Shown: positions 51,482-62,194 of the stretch, in pieces
How the letters are laid out: every line of letters begins with the position of its first letter
Position numbering within the stretch: the stretch's first letter is position 1
From: an uncultured Planctomycetota bacterium
Lineage (GTDB): Bacteria > Planctomycetota > Planctomycetia > Isosphaerales > Isosphaeraceae
Direction of reading: 5' to 3'
Assembly: GCA_963737655.1 (NCBI GenBank)
Contig: CAVTTN010000002.1
Span: 1,440,001-1,504,000, forward strand
Length of the DNA: 64,000 bases
The notes under the pieces: generated by a model
What the model saw: only the letters and a program-made list of their open reading frames with translations
The model's database searches: none
Told to the model about the DNA's origin: nothing
Translations under genes and position numbers: made by a program

Positions 51482-51994
51482 TCATCGCCCCGATTCGAGG
51501 GCGGTGGCGAGCCAGGACCGGGCGTAGGCCCATTCGCGGAAGGCGGAGGCCCGGGAGACGCCCATCGCCTCGGCGGCCTCGTCGATCGAAAGGCCGGCGA
51601 AGAGGCGGTAGCGGGCGACCTCGGCGGAGGTGGGATCCTCGGCGGCGAGCCGCGAGAGGGCGTCGTCGATGTCCAGGAGCAAGTCGGGGTCGGCGCCCGG
51701 GCTTGGGGCGTCGCCGTCGAAGGAGATCGTCCGATTTCCTCCGCCCCGCTTGCCGGCCTTCCGGCGACGGGCGTTATCCACCAGGATGCGCTGCATGGCC
51801 ACGGCGGCGGCGCGGAAGAAGCCGCTGCGGTCGGCGAACACGGCGTCTCCCAGCCGCAAATAGGCCTCGTGGACGAGCGCGGTGGCGTCGAGCGAATGGC
51901 CGTTGGCCTCGTTCGCGAGCCGGGCGGAGGCGAGCTTGCGGAGCTCGTCGTAGACCAGGGGGAAGAAGCCTCCGGGGGCGTCGGGTTCGCTCAT
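51482..51994 (-). CDS. ECF sigma factor (TIGR02999-like, kinase-associated type)
   Basis: PLVYDELRKLA, SLDATALVHEAYLRL, AMQRILVDNARRRKA.KRGG, FAGLS..EAAE..GVS...REWAYARSWL; ATGA overlap with kinase stop. Confidence 0.92.
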   Translation of the reverse strand: MSEPDAPGGFFPLVYDELRKLASARLANEANGHSLDATALVHEAYLRLGDAVFADRSGFFRAAAVAMQRILVDNARRRKAGKRGGGNRTISFDGDAPSPGADPDLLLDIDDALSRLAAEDPTSAEVARYRLFAGLSIDEAAEAMGVSRASAFREWAYARSWLATALESGR

Positions 51995-54900
51995 TTCTCC
52001 CCCGCCTCCGACTTCGGCGACCCGTCGGCCAGCTTCGCCCGCTCGGCCGTCCACGCTCGCACCTCCTCGGCCTTGCCGGTCGCCTCGCCGAAGGCGATCA
52101 GGCGGTCCAGGGCCTCGCGCCTGAAGGGGCGGAAGAACGCGATGATCGCCTCGGGCTTGCGGGACAGCCCCTCGTAGCCGGAACGGAGCAACGGCTCGGC
52201 CGGGGCGTGCTTCCCCTGGCCGAAGTAGGCCCACCCGAGGAGCGAGCGGACTTCGGCGATGACCCAGTTCTCGAGCCGGTCCGCCTCGGCGACCCTCAGG
52301 GCCTCGCGGAGGACGCCTTCGGCCTCGGCGTCCTGCTTCAGGGCCAGCAGGGCCCGGCCCAGCATCATCAGGGTGAACTGGCGGAGCGAGTCGCCGGGGG
52401 CCGTCTGGCGACGGCTGAGGAACGACCGGAACAGCGCCTCGGCCTCGGCCGGGTCGCCCCTCTCCGCGAGGAAGGTGCCGAGGTTGACCCGGGCGAAGTC
52501 GGTCGTGGGATCGTGGCCCGGGCCGAAGACTCGCAGGCAGTCGGCCAGGACGGCCCGGTAGTCCGCCTCGGCGGTTTTGAGACGGCCGGCGGCCAGCTCG
52601 TTGTCGGCGCGGCCGAGCCGGGTCTCCATGGTGGCCCTGTGGTCCTCGCCGTGGACCTTGCGACGCGCGGCGACCGCGGCATCCCAGAGCGGCCGGGCCT
52701 CCTCGAAGCGGCCATCCTCCGTGAGCGCCGTCGCCAGGACCACGAGCGTGTCGATCGTGTCGGGGTGATCGGCCCCGAGCTTGGCCCTCTCCCGGGCCGA
52801 CGTCTCCCCCAGGATGTCGATGGCCCGCCGCCGCTGGCCGTCCGCCAGAAGGGCCAAGGCGAGGATTCGCCGGGCCCGGAGCGTCGTGGCATGGTCGGGC
52901 CCGAGCCCGGCGGCGGCCAGGGCGTGGGCCTCCTCGGCCAGGGCCAGGCCGCGGTCCAGCCGGCCGAGATCGACGTAGGTGGACCCCAGTCGGAGCATCG
53001 TCTGGAGAGTGTCGGGGTGGCCGGGGCGGAGCGCCGCCCGCTCCGAGGCGAGCGCCTGCTCGTACAGGGCGATGGAGCGGTCGGGCCGCCCGACCGACGC
53101 GTAGGCCTGGGCCAGCCGGCTCGTGGCCCGGAGCGTCACGCGGTGGGCGGGCCCGAGGGCGGCCCGCATCCGGGGGATCGCCTCCTCCAGGAGGCGGACG
53201 GCCTCCTCGGGCCGGGAGCCGCGCTCGTAGAGGGCGCCCAGCGTGGCTCGGCTCTCGAGCGTCACCGGGTCGTCGGGCCCGAGCCTCGCGTCCATCCTCG
53301 GCGGCAGCCCCTCGTACAGGGCGATGGCCCGGTCGATGCGGCCCGCCAGGCCGGTGGCCATGGCGAGCTCGTCGGCGCACCGGAGCGCCTCGGGGTCGTC
53401 GGCGCCGAGGAGGGCGGCGAGGGCGTCTCGGGCCCGGGCCAGCACCCGGGTCGCCTCCTCGTAGTGGGCCAGCCCGCGCTGCGATCGCCCCAGCTTCGCC
53501 AGCATCCGGGCCGCGGCGAGCGGGTCGCCCGTGGCCTCGGCATCGACCTCCGAGGCCGCCCGGTCCAGCCGGTCGCCCAGGATCGCCGCCAGCGGCTTGC
53601 CCTCCGTCTCGGCCAGGTCCGGGTCCAGGTCCTCGAAGACCGAGCCGAGGATGTCGTTCATCGTCGCCACCTGCGCCAGCCGCCTCTCGGCCCGCTGGCG
53701 CTCCCTCCTCGCCTCGATCAGGCCCCAGGTCGTGCCGATGACGCCGGCGACCATCGCCACGATCACCAGCGACGCCGCCACGACCCGCCCCCGGTTCCGC
53801 CGGACGAACTTCCGGAGCCGATACGCCGCCGTCGGCGGGCCCGCCGAGACCGGCTCGTGGTTGAGGAACCGCTCGACGTCGTTGGCCAGCCCGACCGCCG
53901 AGTCGTACCTCCGGTCCCGCTCCTTGGCCAAGGCCTTCATGACGATCCAGTCCAGATCCCCCCGGACCAGCCGCGAGAGCCTCGCCGGCTCGATGTGGCG
54001 ATTCGCCGCGACGCTGGGTCGCCCCGCCGAGCTGCTGATCCGGCTCGACGGCACCGGCGGCTCGACCTCGCGGATGGAGCGGAGCATCTCCTCCAGGGCC
54101 GCCCGCCTCATCGTCTCGCGAGTGATCGGCGTCGAGCCGGTCAGGAGCTCGTAGAGGATCACGCCCAGGGCGTAGATGTCGGCCCGGGTGTCCACGTCCA
54201 GCGCGTTGAACGTGGCCTGCTCCGGCGCCATGTACAGAGGAGTCCCCGCGACGCTGCCGAAGGCCGTGAACAGCGAGTGCTCCGAGAGCTGCATCCCGCT
54301 GGTGGCTTTCGCGAGGCCGAAGTCGATCACCTTGGGCACGGGCTTGTCGTCGTGCGATTCGACCAGGATGTTCGTGGGCTTCAAATCGCGGTGGATGATC
54401 CCTTTTTGATGGGCATGCTGCACCGCCGAGCAGATCTGGCGGAACAGAGACAGCCGGGCCGGGAGGTCCAGCCGGTGGTCGTCGCAATACTGGGTCAGGG
54501 GGACGCCCTTGACCAGCTCCATCACGAAGAACGGGCGGCCGTCGGCCGTCGATCCGGCATCGAGGACCCGGGCGATGTTGGGGTGATCCATCAGCGCGAG
54601 GGCCTGGCGCTCGCTCTCGAACCGGGCGAGGACCTGGCGGGAGTCCATCCCCGGCTTGATCAGCTTCAGCGCGACCTGCCTCTTGACCGGGCGGAGCTGC
54701 TCGGCGAGGAAGACGGTGCCCATCCCGCCCTCGCCGATGCTCTGGCGGATCTTGTACCGGTCGGCGATCACGGAGTTCAGGAGGCCGGCGGCGTCGGGGT
54801 CGTGGTAGCTGAGGGTGGGGCCCTCGGGGTCGGTCCGAGCCGGAGACGGCGCGATGTCGACGGTGGCCTGCGGTCCGGTATCGACGGTGGCCCCGGGGTC

Positions 54901-55089
54901 GTCGTCGCCCAGGGGCCGCTCCAGGGCGGCGGGCGGGTCGTCGAACGCGGCGAGGAGGGCGTCGAGACGATGACGCAACTCGGCGTCCCCGCCGATCTCG
55001 GCGTCGAGGAACGCCCGGCGATCGGCCCGGTCGTCCTTCTCGATGGCCTTCTGGAATAACGCCTTGACGCGGACGGGGTCGGTCGCCAT
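51991..55089 (-). CDS. Ser/Thr protein kinase with TPR repeats
   Basis: GEGGMGTV, VALKLIKPGMDS, HRDLKPTN, DFGLAK, YMAPEQ, TM segment, G.DHP.TL repeats. Confidence 0.95.
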   Translation of the reverse strand: MATDPVRVKALFQKAIEKDDRADRRAFLDAEIGGDAELRHRLDALLAAFDDPPAALERPLGDDDPGATVDTGPQATVDIAPSPARTDPEGPTLSYHDPDAAGLLNSVIADRYKIRQSIGEGGMGTVFLAEQLRPVKRQVALKLIKPGMDSRQVLARFESERQALALMDHPNIARVLDAGSTADGRPFFVMELVKGVPLTQYCDDHRLDLPARLSLFRQICSAVQHAHQKGIIHRDLKPTNILVESHDDKPVPKVIDFGLAKATSGMQLSEHSLFTAFGSVAGTPLYMAPEQATFNALDVDTRADIYALGVILYELLTGSTPITRETMRRAALEEMLRSIREVEPPVPSSRISSSAGRPSVAANRHIEPARLSRLVRGDLDWIVMKALAKERDRRYDSAVGLANDVERFLNHEPVSAGPPTAAYRLRKFVRRNRGRVVAASLVIVAMVAGVIGTTWGLIEARRERQRAERRLAQVATMNDILGSVFEDLDPDLAETEGKPLAAILGDRLDRAASEVDAEATGDPLAAARMLAKLGRSQRGLAHYEEATRVLARARDALAALLGADDPEALRCADELAMATGLAGRIDRAIALYEGLPPRMDARLGPDDPVTLESRATLGALYERGSRPEEAVRLLEEAIPRMRAALGPAHRVTLRATSRLAQAYASVGRPDRSIALYEQALASERAALRPGHPDTLQTMLRLGSTYVDLGRLDRGLALAEEAHALAAAGLGPDHATTLRARRILALALLADGQRRRAIDILGETSARERAKLGADHPDTIDTLVVLATALTEDGRFEEARPLWDAAVAARRKVHGEDHRATMETRLGRADNELAAGRLKTAEADYRAVLADCLRVFGPGHDPTTDFARVNLGTFLAERGDPAEAEALFRSFLSRRQTAPGDSLRQFTLMMLGRALLALKQDAEAEGVLREALRVAEADRLENWVIAEVRSLLGWAYFGQGKHAPAEPLLRSGYEGLSRKPEAIIAFFRPFRREALDRLIAFGEATGKAEEVRAWTAERAKLADGSPKSEAGEK

Positions 55090-55181
55090 GAGCGGGCCTC
55101 TCCAGAAGAGGTGGTTTCCCCTCATGGCGTCGAGTCTCCGCGAAGAGTCTCAAATCGGGAAGGGGATGGCCTCTCCCAAAT

Positions 55182-55283
55182 TTCACCACAAAGCCACGAA
55201 GGGCACGAAGGCAGACACAAAGAATCGAGTGATTCTCTCTTCCTTTGTGTCTGCCTTCGTGCCCTTCGTGGCTTTGTGGTGAA
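55182..55283. repeat. 41-bp perfect inverted repeat with 9-bp internal period (CACGAAG type, family D)
   Basis: ttcaccacaaagccacgaagggcacgaaggcagacacaaag and exact reverse complement at 55243-55283. Confidence 0.92.
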
Positions 55284-55292
55284 TCCGAAGGA

Positions 55293-56585
55293 CTACACCA
55301 GGCAAGCCAGCCTCTCCGATCCGGCTTCCGATTCCGCGTCGGCAAGCTCGCCACAGGCGGCCCCGGGGTCGTCCCGGTGGTGGAGGAGGTGCCCCTGGAT
55401 CTCGGCCGGGGTCCGCCCCGACCACGTCTCGGCGAACCCGTCGGCCCGCGACTCCTCGCCCGGGAAGAACCGGAGGAACAGCCGGCGGGCGACCGCGAAA
55501 TCGGCCGGGCCGAACCGGACCTCGCGATCAATCCGGCCCTTGCGGACCAGGGCCGGAGGCAGGTTCTCCGGGTGGTTGGCCGTCATCACGAGGATGCGGC
55601 CCTCGCCGGCGCCGAGGCCGTCCAGGGCGTTCAAGAGCACGTCCAGCGGCACCTGCTCCTCCTCGGGCCGGTCGAAGTGGCGGTCCACGTCTTCGAGGAC
55701 GAGGATCGCCCGCTCCGGGACGCACCGGAGGAGGTCCACCAGCCGATCCACCTCCGTCCGGGTGAACCCCGAGAGCGACAGCAACGCCAGGTCCAGCCCG
55801 AACTTCGCGGCCAGGGCCGAGACCGCCGTGGTCTTGCCCGTCCCCGGGCTCCCGGAGAACATCAGGCCGAGCCGATACGGCACCTGCCGGGCCTCGTACC
55901 ACGATCGGCCGTCCAGGAACGCGCCGACCTCTCCCAGGAGCGACTCGAGGATGCCATCGCGGAGGATCACCGAATCCGGAGTGCGGACCCTCGCCCGCCC
56001 CACGGGCGTCCAGCTCGAATAATCGGGCTCGAAGACCACGGCGCGGGGGTCGTCGGCCGGCAGGGCGGAATCGCGGGCGTCTTCCAGGAGGCCGCGGACG
56101 AACCCCCGGTCGAACGTCAGGGCCCGGAGGCTGATGACCTCCCGGGTCGCCAGCCGTTCCAACGGGCTCTCGCTCGTCGGCTGCTCTCGCGAGACGGCCA
56201 CGATCACCCCCCGATGGCGGATCCAGTGCGTCCCGTCCCCGGCCGTCAGGCGAATCCCCGGGCGCTCTCGTCGCGAGGAGGCGCCACCGTCCCCGCCGGG
56301 CTCGCCCGGGGCCGCCACCCTCCTCGCCACGTCGGCGCGGAGCTGGCCGCCTCGGCGGACGTCCGGATGGGTCGCCAGCCACGCCTCGACCCAGCCGAAG
56401 ACCTCCGAGTCCGACCTCACCTCGACCAGGACCGTCCACCTCCGCAACGCGGCCGACCACAGCCGGTTCGGGAGCTGCCGGGCCATCGCCACCAGCATCC
56501 CCAACGCCCCCAGGACCAGCCCCCCCGAAAGGAACGTGTTGCCCTCCAGGGCCGTTCGGATCGATTCGACAAGATGAAGACTCAT
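55293..56585 (-). CDS. Bcs1-like membrane-anchored AAA+ ATPase
   Basis: N-terminal TM (NTFLSGGLVLGALG), BCS1_N-like VEVRSDSEVFGWVEAWL and GDGTHWIRHRG; WYEARQVPYRLG, GSPGTGKT, LEDVD, LLNALDG, MTANH...ALVRKGRID. Confidence 0.85.
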   Translation of the reverse strand: MSLHLVESIRTALEGNTFLSGGLVLGALGMLVAMARQLPNRLWSAALRRWTVLVEVRSDSEVFGWVEAWLATHPDVRRGGQLRADVARRVAAPGEPGGDGGASSRRERPGIRLTAGDGTHWIRHRGVIVAVSREQPTSESPLERLATREVISLRALTFDRGFVRGLLEDARDSALPADDPRAVVFEPDYSSWTPVGRARVRTPDSVILRDGILESLLGEVGAFLDGRSWYEARQVPYRLGLMFSGSPGTGKTTAVSALAAKFGLDLALLSLSGFTRTEVDRLVDLLRCVPERAILVLEDVDRHFDRPEEEQVPLDVLLNALDGLGAGEGRILVMTANHPENLPPALVRKGRIDREVRFGPADFAVARRLFLRFFPGEESRADGFAETWSGRTPAEIQGHLLHHRDDPGAACGELADAESEAGSERLACLV

Positions 56586-56853
56586 GACCAACCCCCTCCG
56601 GGGCCACCCATCCCGATCGGTCCGCAAACCCCCCTCCGGACCATCCGATCCGAGCGGGGCGGACCCTCAGGACACCTCACCCCCCCGCCTCGGTTCGCCC
56701 GTTTCGGACGATCCGTCGAGCTTCGGTCGCGATAGTATACAAAATTCGACTACGTGCCGTCAACCCGCAACCCTTTGACACCCGGCCCGCCCCCGGCCAC
56801 GATGGGGCGGCCTGGGCTGATCGCCGTCTTTCTCGAACCCGAGCGATTCCATC

Positions 56854-58187
56854 ATGTTCACCAGCGAACCGCCCCTCTCGCAGAGGATCGAGCGGATGAT
56901 CGAGCGGACGCCGATCGTCGATCCTCACACCCACATCCGCTGCGACCGCCCGAGCGCCCCGGACCTGGCGTCCCTGATGAGCTATCACTGGGTCAAGACC
57001 GAGTTGCTCGCCGTGGGGATGCCCGAGGCGGACCTCGACCCGGCCTTGCCCCCGGATGAGCGAGTCCGCCGGTCGATCCCGTTCCTCCGCCGGATGAGGA
57101 ACACGGCGATGGCCTGGTGCTTCTACCGGATCTTGCGGGATTTGTACGACTTCCACGACCCCCACATCACCGAGTCCAACTATCGGGAGATCTGCGACAA
57201 GGTCGAGGCCAGCGGCAAGGACCCGCAATGGCCCCTCCGCGTCCTCCGGGACCGCTGCAACGTCCGATGGGTCGTCACCAGCCTCGGCAACAAGAGCGCC
57301 GACGAGTCGAAGAACCCGGATTTCGTCTCGTTCATGCTCGACGCCCATTACCTGTTCTGCCCGGGGGTCGCCACCGACCTGGAGCCGTTCTTCGTCGGCC
57401 GGACGCGGAAGGCGGAGTACGGGAACGCGCTGTTTACGCTTCTTGGGAACGAATGGCCGACGTCCAGTGAGCGGATGGAGCGGGTGGTGGGCGAATGGCT
57501 CGACCGGACCGTCACCGGCAAGACCACCTTCACCAACACCTTCATCCCGATCGAGCAACGGTTCGGCCCCATCGACGAGTCCCGCGTCTCGGCCGCGCTC
57601 AACCGAGGGCCGGGCGACCCGGACATGGCCGATGCGGACGTGGACGCCCTCTCCCGGTTCGTCTCCCGGGCGGTCTTGCGGTGGCATCACGACCATAAAA
57701 AAGCGGTGCAGATCGCCGTGGGGGCCGAGTACTTCATCTGCGACGGCAAGAGCATCCCCAGGTTCCAGGAGACCTGGACGAGCGAGATGGCCCGGTCGTT
57801 CCACGAGTTCCGGGCGCGAGGTTCGACCTCATGATGGCCTCGGACGTCCTCTCGCACGAGGTCGCCGTCCTGGCCCGGCAGTTCCCGAACGTGTATGCCT
57901 CGGGCTACTGGTGGCACAACTTCTTCCCGATCACGATCGAGAAGATCGTCGGCCTCCGGACCCAGGTCGCGCCGATGGCGAAGTGGTCGGGATTCCTGTG
58001 CGACGCCTATTACGTCGAATGGACCTACGGCAAGCTCCAGGTGGTCAAGAAGGCGATGGCCGCGGCGCTGGCGAGGCTGGTGGAGGCGGGGTTCTCCGAG
58101 GAGGAAGACCTCCCGCCTCTCCTCCGGCAAGTCCTCCACGACACCCCGAGGGACCTCTACGACCTGCCGATCGCGTCGGGTGCATGA
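56854..58187 (+). CDS. Uronate isomerase (UxaC)-like amidohydrolase, frameshifted near 57810
   Basis: PIVDPHTHI, YHWV.TEL..VG; FPNVYASGYWW, GFLCDAY.VEW.YGK in shifted frame. Confidence 0.75.
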
Positions 58188-58188
58188 C

Positions 58189-58902
58189 ATGCCCCGCCTT
58201 CGCTCTCCAACCTCCCGGCTCCCGACGGTGGCGGTGATCGTCCCCACGCTGAACGAGGCGGGCACGATCGAGGCATGCTTGAGGAACCTCGCCGCCCAGG
58301 AAGCCGACGAGGTCGTGGTCGTCGATGCCGACAGCCCCGACGGCACGGCCGACCTCGCGCGATCGTGCGGGGCCCGGGTCCTCCGCTCGTCTCGGGGCCG
58401 AGGCGCCGAGCAGAACGAGGGGGCCCGGGCCTCGTCGTCCGAGATCCTCCTGTTCCTCCACGCCGACGGCCGGCTCGACCCCGGGGCGATCGCCTCCCTC
58501 CGCAGGTACGCCGCCCGCCACCCCAAGATCCCGGGCGGATGCTTCCGGATGAGGGTCGAGGCCCCCGACCCGGCCTTCCGGCTGATCGACGCCTCGGCGC
58601 ACCTGAGGGCCGGAATCCTGGGCATCCCCTACGGAGACCAGGGGATCTTCGCCCGCCGAACCGCATTCCAGGCCGTCGGAGGCTTCCCCGAGATCCGCCT
58701 GATGGACGACGCGATCCTCGCCCTCCGGCTCCGAAGGCTCGGCCGTCTCGCGCTGCTCTCGCCCACGATCCACGCCTCGCCCCGGAGATGGAAGGCGAAA
58801 GGGCTGATCCGCCAGACCCTCCTCAACTGGGCCCTGACGGCCCTCGCCACCCTCGGAACCCCGCCAGACCGCCTGGCCCGGTTCTATGAGGCGGTGCGGT
58901 GA
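58189..58902 (+). CDS. GT2 glycosyltransferase (TIGR04283-like)
   Basis: VIVPTLNEA, GRG..QN.GA, LLFLHAD, PYGDQGIF, VGGFPEI.LMDD, SPRRW. Confidence 0.9.
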   Translation: MPRLRSPTSRLPTVAVIVPTLNEAGTIEACLRNLAAQEADEVVVVDADSPDGTADLARSCGARVLRSSRGRGAEQNEGARASSSEILLFLHADGRLDPGAIASLRRYAARHPKIPGGCFRMRVEAPDPAFRLIDASAHLRAGILGIPYGDQGIFARRTAFQAVGGFPEIRLMDDAILALRLRRLGRLALLSPTIHASPRRWKAKGLIRQTLLNWALTALATLGTPPDRLARFYEAVR

Positions 58903-59214
58903 GCGGGGGATCGGTGTCCACAGGTCATGTGCTGCATGCTCAGATGAACCGAGAACACAAATTTTCCCCATTGCGACGCAATGACCTAATTAGACCTTAA
59001 CTCGGCCGCTTCATCCCGCAAGTCCGGCATGAATTCGGTTTTTTTCAGCTTGACAAGGGGGGGGCAGCGGCTAAGGTCTCGCTCGCTTGAAGGCGGTCAT
59101 GGATGGCCGGGCCTCCCGCAGAGGCGTCGGCCGGGAAAATTGCCACCTTCGAGCGGCGTTTCAGGCGTTGGCCGAATTGATCGCCCATTGATCCAAACCC
59201 AGGGAGGCGCAGGG

Positions 59215-59877
59215 ATGCACGGCGTGAAGAAATGGATGAACATCGGGGGCCTCTTGCTTGGCGCCGGGATCTTTGCGTATGGCGATCGCACGGCCGAGGC
59301 CGGGGCGATGGCAAATCCCGTCATCTATCAGACCTCCGGGGTCGTCTACTCCGACTCGACCGAGATCACGCCCGGAGGCCAAACCAACAGTGATCCGTAC
59401 ATCGGATTCCAGGGCGTCGTCAACGGGACGTCCGACCTGCCCGGCCCGTTCACTCTCGGGCAATTCGTGCTGACCCTCCCGCCGACCGGCGCGTCGAAGG
59501 ATTATTTGAATACGCCTTTCATTGTTCAGGTCGATTTCGGTGGGTCGTCGTCGATTGGTCCGACCGAGAGCCTCACGCTTTTCGGTCAATTGAATGGCGT
59601 CCTGACCGGCGACGCCTCCTCGACGCTCCAGGCCACGGTCAGCCGGATCGAGCTGTTCAGCCCGCTCGACACGACTCCGTCGAAAGGGGCGCTGTTTCCT
59701 GTCGGGGATTTCCGCGTCTTGGGTCCGAGCGAGTTCGCGATCAATCCGGGGAATGGGAATCCGGTGGTCCAGGCGGAGGTCGTCCCCGAGCCGGCGTCCT
59801 GCGCGACCATCCTCGTCTCGTTGGGCTGGTTGGTCCTCGCGCGGTCCCGCCGTCGGAAAAATGCGACCTCATCTTAA
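59215..59877 (+). CDS. PEP-CTERM sorting domain protein
   Basis: GGAGG RBS, signal peptide ending AEA, VPEPASCATILVSLGWLVLARSRRRK. Confidence 0.85.
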   Translation: MHGVKKWMNIGGLLLGAGIFAYGDRTAEAGAMANPVIYQTSGVVYSDSTEITPGGQTNSDPYIGFQGVVNGTSDLPGPFTLGQFVLTLPPTGASKDYLNTPFIVQVDFGGSSSIGPTESLTLFGQLNGVLTGDASSTLQATVSRIELFSPLDTTPSKGALFPVGDFRVLGPSEFAINPGNGNPVVQAEVVPEPASCATILVSLGWLVLARSRRRKNATSS

Positions 59878-59992
59878 TAAGATACCCGAGCGTCTTTTTC
59901 GCCCCTGTCGGGCAGTGACGGGGGCATGTTCGACTTCCAAGAATCCGTCATCGACGTAACGCTTGCTTCAACACCAACATGAGGTCGCACCG

Positions 59993-62194
59993 ATGAAACG
60001 ACGAACCTCCAGGCAGTTCGCGTTCACCACCCGCTTCGAGGGTCTAGAGCACCGTGCATTACTCACAACATTAGTCGCCGAAATCGACACTGGCGTCGAT
60101 GAGTCTTCGACGTCGGCGGACCTGAACTACTACGCCCTCTCCACCGGCTACAATGCGTACACCCTCCAGTCGGTCGCACAGACCAACAATCCGAACATCG
60201 TGCAGGACGGAACGATCAATGGTGGCTACGGGCCAGGCCATGGATCGGCAGTCGCCGACGTGATTGTCCGGGCTATCCAAGACGCGGCCAGCATCAGTGG
60301 GGTGAGCAATGCGGCAAGTAACGTGAAGATCATGCCGATCGTTGCTCAAGATGGGTATGACAATATCGCCCCGAGCGCCGTCATTGAGGGGATCTACTAC
60401 GCCGCCGATCACGGTGCTTCAATCATCAACCTCAGCTTGGCAGGCAATGGCGGTTTCAGTGACTCGAATCCGAACGGGAGTCACTACGGCTCGACCATCA
60501 CCGATGCCATCAATTATGCGGCTTCCAAGAATGTCGTGGTCGTTACGGCCGCTGGGAACGGGGAGGACGGCAATGGTCCTGGAGAGGACATCGAAGCTGA
60601 TCCCTGGTTCAAGCCTTATCCGGCTTGGGTTCATACCGCGAATATGATCGTCACAGCGGCGATCGATAAAACAACGGGCAAACTTGGATCGCTCTCGAAC
60701 TGGGGGGCCGTCCACGTCGATCTCGGGGCACCGACCCCGGGGGTCGAGATTAAGACGTCATTCTCAACAGCCTACACGACAGGGATCGCCGGGGTCGTCG
60801 CCGCCCTGTCGGGGAACTCGTCCACGGGCAATCCGGTCTCCGCGACGCAGATCGTCCAGGACATCACCAACACGGTCACGCCCTATACGCAAACGGTCGC
60901 CACGAAGTGGTGTACGACGAACGGCAATATCAATCCGGCCGCCGCCTTCGCCGCCGTCGCCCCGTCCGCGCCATCAGTCCCGGCAAACCTTACTGCCGTC
61001 GCCTATTCCAGCAAGGCGGTCTCGGTCTCCTGGAGCCCCGTGGCCGGCGCCACGTCCTACACGCTCCAGCGGAGCACGTCGGCGAGTTTCTCCAGCCCCG
61101 TGAATGTCTCCTTGACCTCGCCGACAAGCACCTCCGCCCTCGACATCGGACGGAACGCGACGACGACCTACTATTATCGCGTGAACGCCACCGTCGGCGG
61201 CCAGACCTCGGCATTCTCGACTGCGTCCCAGGCCACGACGACCAACCGGGCCGTGGGCGACTTCGACGGTGATGGCAAGACCGACTTGGCGGTCTTTTCC
61301 AGTTCCACCGGGACGATCAAGTATCGGCCCTCCGGGGGCGGGGCCGACGTGACGGTCTCGAACTTCACGATCCCCGCCGGGGATACCCCCGTCGTGGCCG
61401 ATTACGACGGCGACGGCCGGGCCGACGTCGGGTACGTCTACTCTGACGCGAACAACACCTATTTCGTTTGGAAGCAGTCGAGCGACGGCACGACCCAGAC
61501 CCGGACTTTCGGCCCGAGCGGATGCAGCCCGCTCGTCGGCGACTTCGACGGCGATGGCAAGGACGACCTGGCGATCTTCAAGTCGAGCGGCGGGACGGAC
61601 TACTTCAACTACTTCTCGTCGGCCGGCAACACGGTCATCTCTTTCACCTACCCTGATTCGCCCGTGCTCACGCCCATCGTGGCCGACTTCGACGGCGACG
61701 GCCGGAGCGATCTCGGCCTGTTCTGGACCGACTCCCAGGGCGGACACCTCAAATACCATCCGTCCAGCGCCGGGGCCGACGAGTCGCACGACGTCACGTC
61801 CGGGGCGTTCGGCGCGTCGGACGGCGCCCCGCTGGTGGGCGACTTCGACGGCGACGGCAAGGCTGACCTCGCCGTCTATGTCGTCCGCAACGGCCAGTAT
61901 TACATCAACTACTTCTCGACGAAGAACAACAAGCCGGTCGGCTTCAACTGGGGCAACGCGTCCTATCAGATCGCCACGGGCGACTTCGACGGCGACGGCG
62001 TGACGGACGTTCTCCAGTACGACCAAAGCGGGGCGAACGCCTACGAGATGAAGTCCTCCCAGAACGCCGACTTCTTCGCCAACAACGCGAACCTCGGCAA
62101 CAACGAGACGCCGGCGATCGCGCCGCCAATCTCTTTCGGCCTAACGAACGACACCCCGCAACTCCTCGTTTCGGCCCCCCGGAAGCGATCCTGA
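59993..62194 (+). CDS. Extracellular S8-like peptidase with FN3 and FG-GAP repeats
   Basis: Planctomycete export motif FEGLEHRALL; EIDTG, GHGSAVA, IINLS, TAAGN, KTSFST; FN3 (P.NLTA..VSWSPV..YYYRV); repeated GDFDGDGK.DLAV. Confidence 0.88.
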   Translation: MKRRTSRQFAFTTRFEGLEHRALLTTLVAEIDTGVDESSTSADLNYYALSTGYNAYTLQSVAQTNNPNIVQDGTINGGYGPGHGSAVADVIVRAIQDAASISGVSNAASNVKIMPIVAQDGYDNIAPSAVIEGIYYAADHGASIINLSLAGNGGFSDSNPNGSHYGSTITDAINYAASKNVVVVTAAGNGEDGNGPGEDIEADPWFKPYPAWVHTANMIVTAAIDKTTGKLGSLSNWGAVHVDLGAPTPGVEIKTSFSTAYTTGIAGVVAALSGNSSTGNPVSATQIVQDITNTVTPYTQTVATKWCTTNGNINPAAAFAAVAPSAPSVPANLTAVAYSSKAVSVSWSPVAGATSYTLQRSTSASFSSPVNVSLTSPTSTSALDIGRNATTTYYYRVNATVGGQTSAFSTASQATTTNRAVGDFDGDGKTDLAVFSSSTGTIKYRPSGGGADVTVSNFTIPAGDTPVVADYDGDGRADVGYVYSDANNTYFVWKQSSDGTTQTRTFGPSGCSPLVGDFDGDGKDDLAIFKSSGGTDYFNYFSSAGNTVISFTYPDSPVLTPIVADFDGDGRSDLGLFWTDSQGGHLKYHPSSAGADESHDVTSGAFGASDGAPLVGDFDGDGKADLAVYVVRNGQYYINYFSTKNNKPVGFNWGNASYQIATGDFDGDGVTDVLQYDQSGANAYEMKSSQNADFFANNANLGNNETPAIAPPISFGLTNDTPQLLVSAPRKRS

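Noticed and set aside
51442..55531. 1205-aa plus ORF and 1349-aa minus ORF as a giant ECF fusion
   Set aside because: Arg/Pro/Gly-rich off-frame readings; only the last ~170 aa from ATG 51994 are ECF-like.
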